Below the pieces are notes generated by a model that was not told where the DNA came from, did no database searches, and saw only the letters and a list, made by a program, of their open reading frames with translations. The translations under genes were made by a program, and so were the position numbers. DNA of 54,469 nt from Nitrospinota bacterium (GTDB lineage: Bacteria > UBA8248), in the NCBI GenBank assembly GCA_046581755.1, contig JAYGFR010000108.1, forward strand, positions 1 through 54,469, read 5' to 3'. Of this stretch, positions 1 through 9,337 are shown piece by piece; positions within the stretch are counted from its first letter, which is position 1, and the number at the start of each line of letters is the position of its first letter.

Positions 1-123
1 AAAATATACATATATAGTGATATATAATTTTTTTCAGTTTTTTGTTGGTATTAATTATATATGCCAGATAGCACAAAAATTCTTTAAAACAATTGATTTT
101 CCTTGATTTTTAGAATATTTGTA

Positions 124-152
124 TTGACACTCCCTTGCGAAGACGTTATATA
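124..152 (+). promoter_or_regulatory. sigma70-type promoter of the dcw operon
   Basis: TTGACA (124-129), 17-bp spacer, TATATA (147-152); preceded by a very AT-rich stretch; upstream of mraZ. Confidence 0.65.
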
Positions 153-162
153 CGAAACATTA

Positions 163-189
163 GTGGGGAAATGTGGGGAGCAGTGGGGA
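163..189 (+). promoter_or_regulatory. MraZ operator (3 direct repeats)
   Basis: GTGGGGA at 163, 173 and 183 (10-bp period) just upstream of the mraZ ATG; matches known TGGG-N MraZ-binding repeats. Confidence 0.85.
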
Positions 190-198
190 AGTCAAATC

Positions 199-654
199 AT
201 GTTGATTAGCTCCCATGTGGTTTCAATAGACGCGAAGGGGCGCGTCAGTATCCCCGCCCGGTTCAGGGAATATCTGAATGCCACTTTCAGGGATCGTCTC
301 ATTCTTCTGGATATGGACGGGTGCATCTTTGCATACCCCCAGGAGGAGTGGCAGAGGAGGTTCGGGGACAAGGTCCAGGACCTGCCCACCCACCGGCCTG
401 CTGTTCGCGCCCACATGAGGCGAATGTACGGCAAGGCCGTGCCGGTTGAAATCGACAAGCAGGGGCGAATTTTGCTGCCCTCCCGGCTGCGCGAGGCGGC
501 GGCCATCGACAAGGAAGCCGTCATCGTCGGACTCGAAAATAAATTCGAGGTATGGGGCCGGGAGCGATGGGATCGAATGATGGAAGAGGAACCCGGGAGC
601 ATCGGCGAATCCGGAGAAGATTCGGGCGATGACCTGATTGAGCTGGAGTTTTAG
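199..654 (+). CDS. mraZ: division/cell wall cluster transcriptional repressor MraZ
   Basis: Two AbrB-like repeats (IDAKGRVSIP, IDKQGRILLP) and FEVW; first gene of the dcw cluster; ATG 199 preferred over the ORF-track start 103. Confidence 0.95.
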   Translation: MLISSHVVSIDAKGRVSIPARFREYLNATFRDRLILLDMDGCIFAYPQEEWQRRFGDKVQDLPTHRPAVRAHMRRMYGKAVPVEIDKQGRILLPSRLREAAAIDKEAVIVGLENKFEVWGRERWDRMMEEEPGSIGESGEDSGDDLIELEF

Positions 655-685
655 ATTCTGGCGGAGAGCTTGATGAGGAGGGGGC

Positions 686-1693
686 TTGTTGGCTGCGATA
701 GCGGGAGCCCATTCGATAGAGCGAGGCTGCCGGTTCGATGGGCGGCATCGGACCGATGAGACGAGAATGACCGCGTCTCACGTTCCGGTCATGGTTCGGG
801 AAGTCCTTGACTTCCTGTCACCAGCTCCGGGAGCCGTGTCCTTAGATACTACCTTGGGCGGAGGGGGACACGGTTTTGCGGTTCTGGAGGCGATTCAGCC
901 ATCGGGTGTGCTGATCGGCTGTGACCGGGACGTAGACGCGGTAAATTTGGCGCGGCGGCGGCTGGCCCCTTTCGGGCCCTCCGTCCGGCTGCATCATACC
1001 CACCATTCCGAGATCAAGAAAATTGTCGCCCAGGAGGGCTTCGACTCCGTCGATAGTGTCCTCTTCGATCTCGGGCTTTCGTCGATTCAACTCGATTTGC
1101 CGGGCCGCGGTTTCCGGATAGATTCTTCCGACCCCCTCGATATGCGCATGGACCAGAGCGGCGGCCCGACGGCAGCCGATTTGATAAACGCGTTGCCGGA
1201 AAAAGACCTCGCGAACCTGATCTACGAATTTGGAGAAGAGCGGAAATCTCACGCCATCGCGCGGGCGATCGGGCGGGCCCGCGCGCGCAGGCCACTGGAG
1301 CGCTGCGATGAACTTGCCGCTGTGGTGGTCTCCGTCGCCGCTCGGAGCGGCGGCGGAGGGCGCGGAAAAAGGTGGCGCATCCACCCGGCTACGCGGACCT
1401 TCCAGGCGCTGCGAATCGCCGTGAACCGCGAAATGGATACGCTTGAGGGAACGCTGCGCGATGCGGTGGACCTCCTTCGTCCCGGTGGCCGAATCGTTGT
1501 CATCAGCTTTCATTCGCTCGAGGATCGAATCGTGAAACACCTTTTCCGGGAGCTGGCGGCGGGCCGCGGGGAAGGTGGCTCCCTGGAGATTCTGACACGC
1601 AAGGTCGTGCGTCCTTCGCGGGAAGAGGTCGAATCGAATTCCCGTTCTCGGAGCGCGAAGCTCCGGGCGGCGGAGAAGCGCGAAGACGCATAG
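686..1693 (+). CDS. rsmH: 16S rRNA m4C1402 methyltransferase RsmH (MraW)
   Basis: HVPVM, DTTLGGGGH, DLGLSS, PLDMRM, HPATRTFQALRI, SFHSLED, RSAKLR. Start is either TTG 686 (GAGGAG upstream) or ATG 767. Confidence 0.95.
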   Translation: MLAAIAGAHSIERGCRFDGRHRTDETRMTASHVPVMVREVLDFLSPAPGAVSLDTTLGGGGHGFAVLEAIQPSGVLIGCDRDVDAVNLARRRLAPFGPSVRLHHTHHSEIKKIVAQEGFDSVDSVLFDLGLSSIQLDLPGRGFRIDSSDPLDMRMDQSGGPTAADLINALPEKDLANLIYEFGEERKSHAIARAIGRARARRPLERCDELAAVVVSVAARSGGGGRGKRWRIHPATRTFQALRIAVNREMDTLEGTLRDAVDLLRPGGRIVVISFHSLEDRIVKHLFRELAAGRGEGGSLEILTRKVVRPSREEVESNSRSRSAKLRAAEKREDA

Positions 1694-1697
1694 GAAA

Positions 1698-2048
1698 ATG
1701 ATGGGATTCAGGACGAAGGTCCGCGGCCGAGGGGGTCGGGGTCGTCCGCGGTTCCACTGGGAGTTTGATCTCCCGGTTTCCAGGACCGCCGCTTGTATCG
1801 CAGCGGTGGCGGCCAGCGCCATCGTCCTGGTGTGGCCGCATCTGGAGATGGTTCGAATCGGTTACGAAGTCGCTCGCTTGCAGGCAGAGCGCAAGGTTTT
1901 GGCCCAGGAGCGCAGGGTTCTCCGGGTCGAAATCGGTTCACTCCGCCAGCTGGATCGGGTTGAGTCGATTGCCCGGAATAAGCTGGGGATGGTTTTTCCG
2001 AGGCCGGACCAGATTGTGTATGTAATGGTTCCGGCCCGGCGCCCTTAA
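1698..2048 (+). CDS. ftsL: cell division protein FtsL
   Basis: Single TM helix, coiled coil, RVESIARNKLGM-P motif; lies between rsmH and ftsI. Confidence 0.88.
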   Translation: MMGFRTKVRGRGGRGRPRFHWEFDLPVSRTAACIAAVAASAIVLVWPHLEMVRIGYEVARLQAERKVLAQERRVLRVEIGSLRQLDRVESIARNKLGMVFPRPDQIVYVMVPARRP

Positions 2049-2099
2049 TATATATTTTATACTGCCGATCTTCTTCCGCCTGGACCAGGATACGGGCCC

Positions 2100-3947
2100 A
2101 TGATGAAGGGCTTCTTTACCCGCCTGATCGTGTGTGGCGTTCTCGTCGGACTGGGTTTCGGCGTACTTGTCGTCAAGCTGTTCATGATTCAGATCCGCGA
2201 CCGCAAGCGCCTCGTCGCCCATGCCGACCGGCAGTTGCGCCGCACGCTCTTCGTTCGCGCGAAGCGCGGGGATATCCTCGATGGCAGGGGGCGTCCCCTG
2301 GCCGTGAGCATGGACGCGCCTTCTCTGTACGCAAATCCACAGGAGGTGGAAAACCCCTCGGAAGCGGCCCGGAGGCTATCGAAAATTCTGGGCATTCCCC
2401 GCGGGAAGCTGAAAAGAAAATTAAGCCGGTGGGGACGCTATGTCTGGCTCCGGCGGAAACTGACGCCCGGTGAGAAGAGCAGGATTCTCGCTCTCAACCA
2501 GCCCGGCCTGGGTTTTGTCACCGAGAGCCGGCGGTTTTATCCCAAACGAGAGCTCGCCTCCTCTCTGCTTGGATTTGTCGGCGTGGACGACAACGGACTG
2601 GCCGGCATGGAGCTTGTCTTCGAAAAGGATATGAAGGGGCGGCCCGGCCGGATTCGCATCGAGCGGGACGCCAAGGGCCGGTCGGTGCATCCCGAGGCCG
2701 GTATCGTCAACCGGCTCGAGCCGGGCGCGGACATTCGCCTCACCGTCGACGAGGTCATCCAGTACATCGTCGAAAAAGAACTTCGCCTGCAGCTTGAGCG
2801 GACGGGAGCGCGCAGGGCGATCGGCGTCATGGCAGAGCCCACAACCGGGCGTATCCTGGCGATGGCCACCGTCCCCGGGTTCAACCCCAATGCCTATGGC
2901 CGCTACAGTCCCGTTCTTTGGAAGCAGGCGGCCGTTCAGAATGTCTATGAGCCGGGTTCCACCTTCAAGATCGTCACGGCGGCCGCCTATCTGAGTTCAG
3001 GCAGAAAACTGACCAAGCGTTATTTCGCCGAAGAGGGGGAATACCGCATCGGGGGCGGTCGGATGGTCCTGCACGATCTAAAAAAATTTGGTTGGCTGAC
3101 GGCCGAGGAGATCATCGTGAAATCTTCGAATATTGGCACCTATAAAATGGCGAAAGACGCGGGCGCCGGATATATTTACGAAATGGCCCGCCGCTTGGGG
3201 TTTGGCTCGAAAAGCGGGGTCGGTTTTCCGGGGGAGTCCGGGGGAATCCTGCGGCCGCTGAAGCGCTGGTCCAGCACCTCGCTCGCGTCGATCTCCATCG
3301 GCCAGGAAGTGGGCGTAACGCCCATTCAGTTGGTGATGGCGGTCGCGGCCATCGCCAACGGTGGCGTTTTGCGAACACCCCGGATCGTGGATGCGGTCGA
3401 GAGAGACGGGCGCGTCCTTCTGCGGCCAGAGCTTCCAGCTCCGCGGCGGGTCCTCTCCCCCCGGGTGTCGCGGCGGCTTGCGGCGTTGCTCCGGAAGGTG
3501 GTGACTTTCGGAACCGGGCGGTCCGCCGAAGTGCCCGGCTACGGGGCCGCCGGAAAAACCGGCACCGCCCAGAAGGTCGAGCGGGGCGCGAAAGGCTACA
3601 GCAAAACCAAATTCGTCACCTCCTTCGCCGGATTTGTTCCCTATGAAAAACCCCGAATTGCGCTTCTCGTAATGTTCGACGAGGGAAATATCCGGGGAGC
3701 GGCATGGGGCTCGACGATTGCCTCGCCGGTCTGGAAGCGAATTGCATGGCAGACGATGCGCTATCTCAGGGTGCCGCCCAAGGGCGCACGGGTGGTGGCC
3801 CTGAAAGAGGATGTGTTCCCGCCCAGCCGTCCGCCCCGGCCCGAGAGGGTTTCGTTGAGCGAGAAAATGTTTAGCCTGGCGGAAAAAGTGCGGAGCATTC
3901 TGCATGGCGTTCCGTCCCTCCGGCGATCGATGGAGCAGGCGCCTTGA
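2100..3947 (+). CDS. ftsI: penicillin-binding protein FtsI (PBP3)
   Basis: RGDILD, RFYP, GLAGME; catalytic EPGSTFK (SxxK), KSSN (SxN), GKTGTAQ. Confidence 0.95.
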   Translation: MMKGFFTRLIVCGVLVGLGFGVLVVKLFMIQIRDRKRLVAHADRQLRRTLFVRAKRGDILDGRGRPLAVSMDAPSLYANPQEVENPSEAARRLSKILGIPRGKLKRKLSRWGRYVWLRRKLTPGEKSRILALNQPGLGFVTESRRFYPKRELASSLLGFVGVDDNGLAGMELVFEKDMKGRPGRIRIERDAKGRSVHPEAGIVNRLEPGADIRLTVDEVIQYIVEKELRLQLERTGARRAIGVMAEPTTGRILAMATVPGFNPNAYGRYSPVLWKQAAVQNVYEPGSTFKIVTAAAYLSSGRKLTKRYFAEEGEYRIGGGRMVLHDLKKFGWLTAEEIIVKSSNIGTYKMAKDAGAGYIYEMARRLGFGSKSGVGFPGESGGILRPLKRWSSTSLASISIGQEVGVTPIQLVMAVAAIANGGVLRTPRIVDAVERDGRVLLRPELPAPRRVLSPRVSRRLAALLRKVVTFGTGRSAEVPGYGAAGKTGTAQKVERGAKGYSKTKFVTSFAGFVPYEKPRIALLVMFDEGNIRGAAWGSTIASPVWKRIAWQTMRYLRVPPKGARVVALKEDVFPPSRPPRPERVSLSEKMFSLAEKVRSILHGVPSLRRSMEQAP

Positions 3948-5452
3948 GCGTGAATGTGATGACACGGAACCGAACCATGGAACTCGGCGAATTGGCGCTA
4001 GCCGTTCCGGGTGCGCGAATTGCCGGGGAAGAAAACACATGGGTGAGCGGCATGGCCTTCGACTCGCGCCGGATCATGCGTGGGGATTTATTCTTCGCCG
4101 TACCGGGCCTCAATGTGGATGGACACGATTTTGCCGCCTCCGCCGTGGCGGCGGGCGCGGCCGCTCTCGTCCTGGAGCACGAGGTGGATGGACTCTCCGG
4201 CGATATTCCCCGGATTTTCGTTCCCTCCAGCCGGGAAGCGATGGCACTTCTCGCGGGCGCCTATTATGGACATCCCTCCGGGAGCCTTGCGCTCGCGGGC
4301 GTGACTGGGACAAATGGGAAAACCACCACGGCGTTTCTCATCGACGCCATTCTCCGGGCGGCGGGGCGAACGACCGGGCTGATGGGCACGATTCATTACC
4401 GCGTCGGGGATCGGATCGTCGAAAACCCCAGGACAACCTCGGAGGCCCCCGACGTTCAGTATTACCTCGCTGAGATGCTCGAGGCGGGGGCGAGTCATGC
4501 CGTGATGGAGGTATCGAGTCATGCACTGGCGATGGACCGCGTTATGGGCTGCGAGTTCGCTGCTGCCGTGTTCACCAACCTGACGCAGGATCACCTCGAA
4601 TTTCACGGGGACATGGAGAGCTATTTTCAGGCCAAGCTCCGGCTGTTTACCGAATTTTCGCCCGGGGTGTCCATCCTCAATATCGACGATCCGGCCGGAG
4701 AAAAAATCGCGGCTGCGGCCGGGGGAGAGGTGCGGACCTTCGGCTTGAGCGGAGACGCGGACGTGCGGGCCGAGGGTCTTTCGATTTCCGCCGACGGAAT
4801 GGTGTTCGATCTGGTTTGCCTGGAGGGGCGGGAGCGCTTGGAGACCACCCTCACGGGACATCACAACGCGAGCAATATCCTCGCCGCCTCGGCGGCCTGT
4901 CTCGTCTTGGGCCTGAGTCTCGGAGAAATCGCCGGTGGGGCGGCCTCGCTGGAGAGCGTTCCCGGCCGCTTCGAGAAGGTGGATCTCGGCCAGCCGTTTC
5001 TCGTCGTGGTGGATTACGCCCACACCGAGGACGCCCTGGCGCGGGTTCTGGAGTTCGCCCGTCCGGTGACGAGCGGCCGGCTGCTGACGCTGATGGGATG
5101 TGGCGGAGACCGCGACAAGAGAAAGCGCCCCCTCATGGCCGCCGCCGCGCTTCGATCGAGCGATCTGGTGTTCATGACCTCCGACAATCCCCGCACCGAG
5201 GACCCCGGGGCTATCCTCCGCGAAGTCGAGGCCGGGGCGGATCTGGTCGAGGGGGGGAGAGAACGTGCGCGCGCCATCGTGGACCGGCGGGAGGCCATCC
5301 GCTGCATCATCGCCGAAGCCGGGGCGGGAGATACCGTTTTGATTGCGGGAAAAGGCCACGAGACATACCAGATCGTAGGGGATCGCCAACTTCCATTCGA
5401 CGATCGCGAGGAGGCGCGCGAAGCGTTGCGCCTTGCGGGGTACGGAGAATGA
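3944..5452 (+). CDS. murE: UDP-MurNAc-dipeptide:meso-DAP ligase MurE
   Basis: GVTGTNGKTT, MEVSSH, DYAH, GCGGDRD, DNPR (DAP-specific), AGKGHE. Confidence 0.97.
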   Translation: MSVNVMTRNRTMELGELALAVPGARIAGEENTWVSGMAFDSRRIMRGDLFFAVPGLNVDGHDFAASAVAAGAAALVLEHEVDGLSGDIPRIFVPSSREAMALLAGAYYGHPSGSLALAGVTGTNGKTTTAFLIDAILRAAGRTTGLMGTIHYRVGDRIVENPRTTSEAPDVQYYLAEMLEAGASHAVMEVSSHALAMDRVMGCEFAAAVFTNLTQDHLEFHGDMESYFQAKLRLFTEFSPGVSILNIDDPAGEKIAAAAGGEVRTFGLSGDADVRAEGLSISADGMVFDLVCLEGRERLETTLTGHHNASNILAASAACLVLGLSLGEIAGGAASLESVPGRFEKVDLGQPFLVVVDYAHTEDALARVLEFARPVTSGRLLTLMGCGGDRDKRKRPLMAAAALRSSDLVFMTSDNPRTEDPGAILREVEAGADLVEGGRERARAIVDRREAIRCIIAEAGAGDTVLIAGKGHETYQIVGDRQLPFDDREEAREALRLAGYGE

Positions 5453-6858
5453 TCGAGGTGGACATGGTTGCGGAATTCGCCGCTCACGAAATCGAAGAGG
5501 CCGTTTCGGGGAACCTCCTGGAGGGGCGGAGGGATATCCAAGCCTTCGGAGTGAGCACGGATTCCCGGACCCTCAAGGCAGGGGAGCTTTTCATTCCCAT
5601 CGAGGGGCCAAATTTCGATGGCCACGATTTTCTGGAGGGGGCGCTCGAAGCCGGGGCGGCGGGATGCCTGGCCGTCCGGGGACGCCTGCCCCAGGTGCCC
5701 GGGAACGCCTTCGCGGTGGAGGTGGAGGACACCCTCCGGGCGCTGGGCGATCTCGCCCGTTTTCACCGGTCCCGGTTCGATGTGCCCGTGGTGGCGGTGA
5801 CCGGCAGCAACGGCAAGACGACCACCAAGGAGATGCTCGGCGCCATCCTGGCCGAGGGCGGTGAGACGCTCATATCAAAGGGGAACCTGAATAATCTCAT
5901 CGGGTTGCCGCTCCAGGTGTTCGGCCTGGGACCGCCGCACAAGCGGGCGGTGTTCGAGATTGGAATGAACCGGCCCGGCGAGATATGCCGCCTGGCCGAG
6001 ATCGCCGCGCCCGAAGTGGCCGTAATCACATCGGTTGCCCCGGCGCACCTAGAGGGGTTGGGCTCGATAGAGGCCGTACGCGATGCAAAGGGGGAACTTT
6101 TGGAGGCGATGGGACCGGAGGGTGTGGCTGTCTTGCCCTCCGATGACCTGCAGTGCCGGATTCTGGACGATGGGTTCCGCGCGAAGGGGGGGCGTGTTTT
6201 GAGCTTCGGCCTCGGACCGGGTAGCGACGCTTATGCAACGGATATCCGGATGTCAGCCCAGGATGGAATCTCGTTCCGGATTCATCTGCACGGGGAGGAG
6301 GCGGAGGTGCGGCTCCGGGCGCTGGGGCGGCAAAACGTCCTGAACGCGCTGGCGGCGGCCGCCGCGGCTTCTCAACTGGGCAGTCCCCTGGTTGCAATCG
6401 CCCGGGGGATCGAGAGGGCGGTCCTTCCGGCCATGCGCCTTTCGGTTGAAGAAATCCGGGAGGAGGTCTTCCTTTTGAACGACGCCTACAACGCGAATCC
6501 GGCCTCCGTCCGCCTGGCCATCGAAACCTTGGCCGAGCTCAAGGGCGCGGGCCGGGCCTTCGCGATTCTGGGCGACATGAAGGAGTTGGGCGCCTACGAG
6601 GAGTTCGCCCACGTCGAAATTGGCCGCGCGGTGGTGAGCGGGAAAATCGATTTTCTGGCAACCGTGGGTCCGATGATGCGTTACGCGGCGCTCGAAGCCC
6701 TGGAGTCGGGAGTGGGGGCCGATTGGATCGAGCCCTGCAAAACACCCGAGGAAGCTGCCGCCTGGACGGTTAAGCGGTTGATGCCCGGCGACTGGGTGTT
6801 GGTCAAGGGGTCGCGCTCGATGGAGATGGAGCGCGCGGTGGAGGCTCTGCGAGGCTGA
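5449..6858 (+). CDS. murF: UDP-MurNAc-tripeptide:D-Ala-D-Ala ligase MurF
   Basis: STDSR, TGSNGKTTTK, NNLIG, DAYNANP, LGDMKELG, KGSR; ATG 5449 overlaps the murE stop (ATGA). Confidence 0.96.
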   Translation: MIEVDMVAEFAAHEIEEAVSGNLLEGRRDIQAFGVSTDSRTLKAGELFIPIEGPNFDGHDFLEGALEAGAAGCLAVRGRLPQVPGNAFAVEVEDTLRALGDLARFHRSRFDVPVVAVTGSNGKTTTKEMLGAILAEGGETLISKGNLNNLIGLPLQVFGLGPPHKRAVFEIGMNRPGEICRLAEIAAPEVAVITSVAPAHLEGLGSIEAVRDAKGELLEAMGPEGVAVLPSDDLQCRILDDGFRAKGGRVLSFGLGPGSDAYATDIRMSAQDGISFRIHLHGEEAEVRLRALGRQNVLNALAAAAAASQLGSPLVAIARGIERAVLPAMRLSVEEIREEVFLLNDAYNANPASVRLAIETLAELKGAGRAFAILGDMKELGAYEEFAHVEIGRAVVSGKIDFLATVGPMMRYAALEALESGVGADWIEPCKTPEEAAAWTVKRLMPGDWVLVKGSRSMEMERAVEALRG

Positions 6859-7943
6859 TGTTGTACGCAATTACGATCGCCATGAGCGAATGGATCTCGG
6901 CCCTGAACGTCTTCCGGTTCATCACATTCCGGTCCGCGGTGGCGGTCATGTTCGGGATGGGCATCTGTCTCATCCTGGGTCCCGGTCTGATCAAAGCTTT
7001 GAAACGGCGAAGGATTGGCGAGGAAATCCGCGCCGATGGCCCGCAGAGCCATTTCTCGAAGGCCGGCACGCCCGCCATGGGCGGGTTGTTGATTCTCTTC
7101 AGCGTGATCTGTTCGATTCTGCTCTGGAACAGTCTCGCCAACCGGTTCGTTTGGCTGATTTTGTTCGTTTTGGCCGGATTCGGCGCGCTGGGCTTCGCCG
7201 ACGATTACATGAAGGTCGTGCTCAAAAACAAAAAGGGAATCACCCCCCTTCGCAAGTTCACGATTCAGGGAATCCTCGGCCTGCTGGCCGGCTACGCGCT
7301 CTACAGCGGGATGGTCGAGCCCTCTTTCCGGTCCGTCGTTATGTTCCCTTTCTTTAAAAATATCCAGCCCGATATCGGTATCTGGTATGTGCCCTACGCG
7401 GCGCTGGTGATCGTGGCGACGAGCAATGCGGTGAACCTCACCGACGGCCTCGATGGGCTGGCCATCGGCCCCTACATAGTGGCGGTGGGGGCCTATCTCG
7501 TATTCAGCTATGTCGCGGGACACGCGGTCATCTCCCGCTATCTTCTCGTGTTGCCGGTGCGGGGAGTGGGCGAGCTCGCAATCGTTTGCGGGGCGCTGTT
7601 CGGCGCGGGACTGGGGTTTTTGTGGTTCAACGCCTATCCGGCGCAAATTTTCATGGGCGATGTGGGCGCGCTGCCGCTGGGCGCCGCCCTCGCCGCCATC
7701 GCTCTGTCCATCAAGCAAGAACTCCTTCTTTTCCTGGTGGGCGGTTTGTTTGTTCTCGAGGCGTTATCGGTCATCGTCCAGGTGACTTCGTTCAAGACCA
7801 CGGGCCATCGGATTTTCCGGATGGCCCCGCTCCACCATCACTTCGAGGAAAAGGGGTGGTCCGAGCCGAAGGTGATCGTGCGCTTCTGGATCGTTGCCGT
7901 GGTGCTGGCGCTGTTGAGCCTGAGCACCCTGAAGCTGAGATGA
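6858..7943 (+). CDS. mraY: phospho-N-acetylmuramoyl-pentapeptide transferase MraY
   Basis: KAGTPAMGG, GFADD, NAVNLTDGLDGL, FMGDVG, MAPLHHHFE. Confidence 0.97.
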   Translation: MLYAITIAMSEWISALNVFRFITFRSAVAVMFGMGICLILGPGLIKALKRRRIGEEIRADGPQSHFSKAGTPAMGGLLILFSVICSILLWNSLANRFVWLILFVLAGFGALGFADDYMKVVLKNKKGITPLRKFTIQGILGLLAGYALYSGMVEPSFRSVVMFPFFKNIQPDIGIWYVPYAALVIVATSNAVNLTDGLDGLAIGPYIVAVGAYLVFSYVAGHAVISRYLLVLPVRGVGELAIVCGALFGAGLGFLWFNAYPAQIFMGDVGALPLGAALAAIALSIKQELLLFLVGGLFVLEALSVIVQVTSFKTTGHRIFRMAPLHHHFEEKGWSEPKVIVRFWIVAVVLALLSLSTLKLR

Positions 7944-9337
7944 CGGGCGCCGTGCTGGATCGAATATCGGCTGGTTGGGAGGCGGCGCTTCCCGGCCGAA
8001 AGACCGTGGTGATGGGAATGGCCAGGACCGGGTGCGCGGCGGCGGCGGCCCTGGCGAAAAGGGGCGCGAACGTGGTGGCGACCGATCTGAAAGAGCCCGC
8101 CGGGTTGGCGGGGAGGCTTCCGCCCGAGGTGGCATTGGAGTTGGGCGGCCACCGCGAGGAGACGTTTCGCGGCTGCGATCTGCTGATCGTGAGCCCCGGG
8201 GTGCCGGCGACGAACCCGTTTATCGCCGCCGCGCTCGAAGGAGGAGCCGAGGTGATTACCGAGATCGAACTGGCATCGCGCCTGACCTCGGTCCCCATCG
8301 CGGCCGTTACGGGGACGAACGGAAAAACGACGACGGCCGAAATGCTCAGCGGCATTCTCGAGGAAGCCGGATTCCGCGCCCCGGTCGGGGGAAACATCGG
8401 CCGGCCCATGACCGAGATGGCCGAGGAGATAGGGGAGGAGGCGGATGTTTTCGTGTGCGAGGTGAGTAGCTTTCAGCTCGAATGGTCGCCGACGCTGCGG
8501 CCGCGCGTGGCGGTCATGACCAACGTGTCGCCGGATCATCTCGACCGGCATACGGACCTGGACGAGTACGCCGGGTTGAAGGCCCGCCTTTTCGCGAACC
8601 AGGGCCCCGGAGACGCCAAGGTTGTGAATGCGGACGATCCTCTCACGGCGCGCTATCTCCCGGCCGGGCTCCAGCAGGCGCTGTCTTTCAGCCGGAAGCA
8701 AGCTCCTGTCCGGGGCGCTTACGCCGATGAGCGGGATATTTACATCGTCGAGGGCAGAAAGTTCCGGCGTGTTTGCGCAACGGACGACCTTGCAGTGACC
8801 GGCGTCCACAACCTGGAGAATTTTTTGGCCGCCTGCGCGGCGGCCCATTTTATGGGGGCAGAGACCGGAGCCATGGCGCGCCTGGCGCGGCGCTTCAAGG
8901 GCCTGCCCCACCGGATGGAGGTCGTCGGCCGGATTGGCGGAGTGACCTGGATAAACGATTCGAAGGGAACGAATGTGGGCGCGACGGCGATGAGCCTGAT
9001 GAGCGCCGAGGGCGGCGTATGGCTCATCGCGGGGGGCACAGACAAGGGTACGGACCTGGCGCCCATGCTCGGCCCGGCGCGGGACCGGGTCCGGGGGATG
9101 TTTCTCATCGGTGAGGCGGCGGATCGCTTCGCCCGGTTTTTTGAGGGTGAGGTCGCCGTGGAGCGGACCGGGACGTTGGGCGAGGCGGTTCGCCGCGCTG
9201 CGAACCTGGCCCGGGAGGGCGAGACGGTTCTGCTATCTCCGGCCTGTTCGAGTTTCGATCAATTCAGGGATTTCGAGCATCGGGGCGATATCTTCCGCGA
9301 GATGGTCCAGGAACTCTCGAAGGGAGCCGCCTCATGA
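7940..9337 (+). CDS. murD: UDP-MurNAc-L-Ala:D-Glu ligase MurD
   Basis: SPGV, TGTNGKTTT, GNIG, EVSSFQL, DHLDRH, NDSKGTN, SPACSSFDQF; ATG 7940 overlaps the mraY stop. Confidence 0.96.
   Translation: MTGAVLDRISAGWEAALPGRKTVVMGMARTGCAAAAALAKRGANVVATDLKEPAGLAGRLPPEVALELGGHREETFRGCDLLIVSPGVPATNPFIAAALEGGAEVITEIELASRLTSVPIAAVTGTNGKTTTAEMLSGILEEAGFRAPVGGNIGRPMTEMAEEIGEEADVFVCEVSSFQLEWSPTLRPRVAVMTNVSPDHLDRHTDLDEYAGLKARLFANQGPGDAKVVNADDPLTARYLPAGLQQALSFSRKQAPVRGAYADERDIYIVEGRKFRRVCATDDLAVTGVHNLENFLAACAAAHFMGAETGAMARLARRFKGLPHRMEVVGRIGGVTWINDSKGTNVGATAMSLMSAEGGVWLIAGGTDKGTDLAPMLGPARDRVRGMFLIGEAADRFARFFEGEVAVERTGTLGEAVRRAANLAREGETVLLSPACSSFDQFRDFEHRGDIFREMVQELSKGAAS

Noticed and set aside
842..1822. Many long antisense or alternative-frame ORFs (e.g. 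842-1822, 4088-5389, 16068-17306, 20540-22015, 25902-27338)
   Set aside because: Shadow ORFs of well-supported genes, with no recognisable motifs
4816..5448. Long N-terminal extensions in the ORF track (murF 4816, murD 7586, RibD-like 42254, MFP 46409, ABC ATPase 33114)
   Set aside because: They overlap other real genes or intergenic elements and lack family similarity; open frames are expected at high GC
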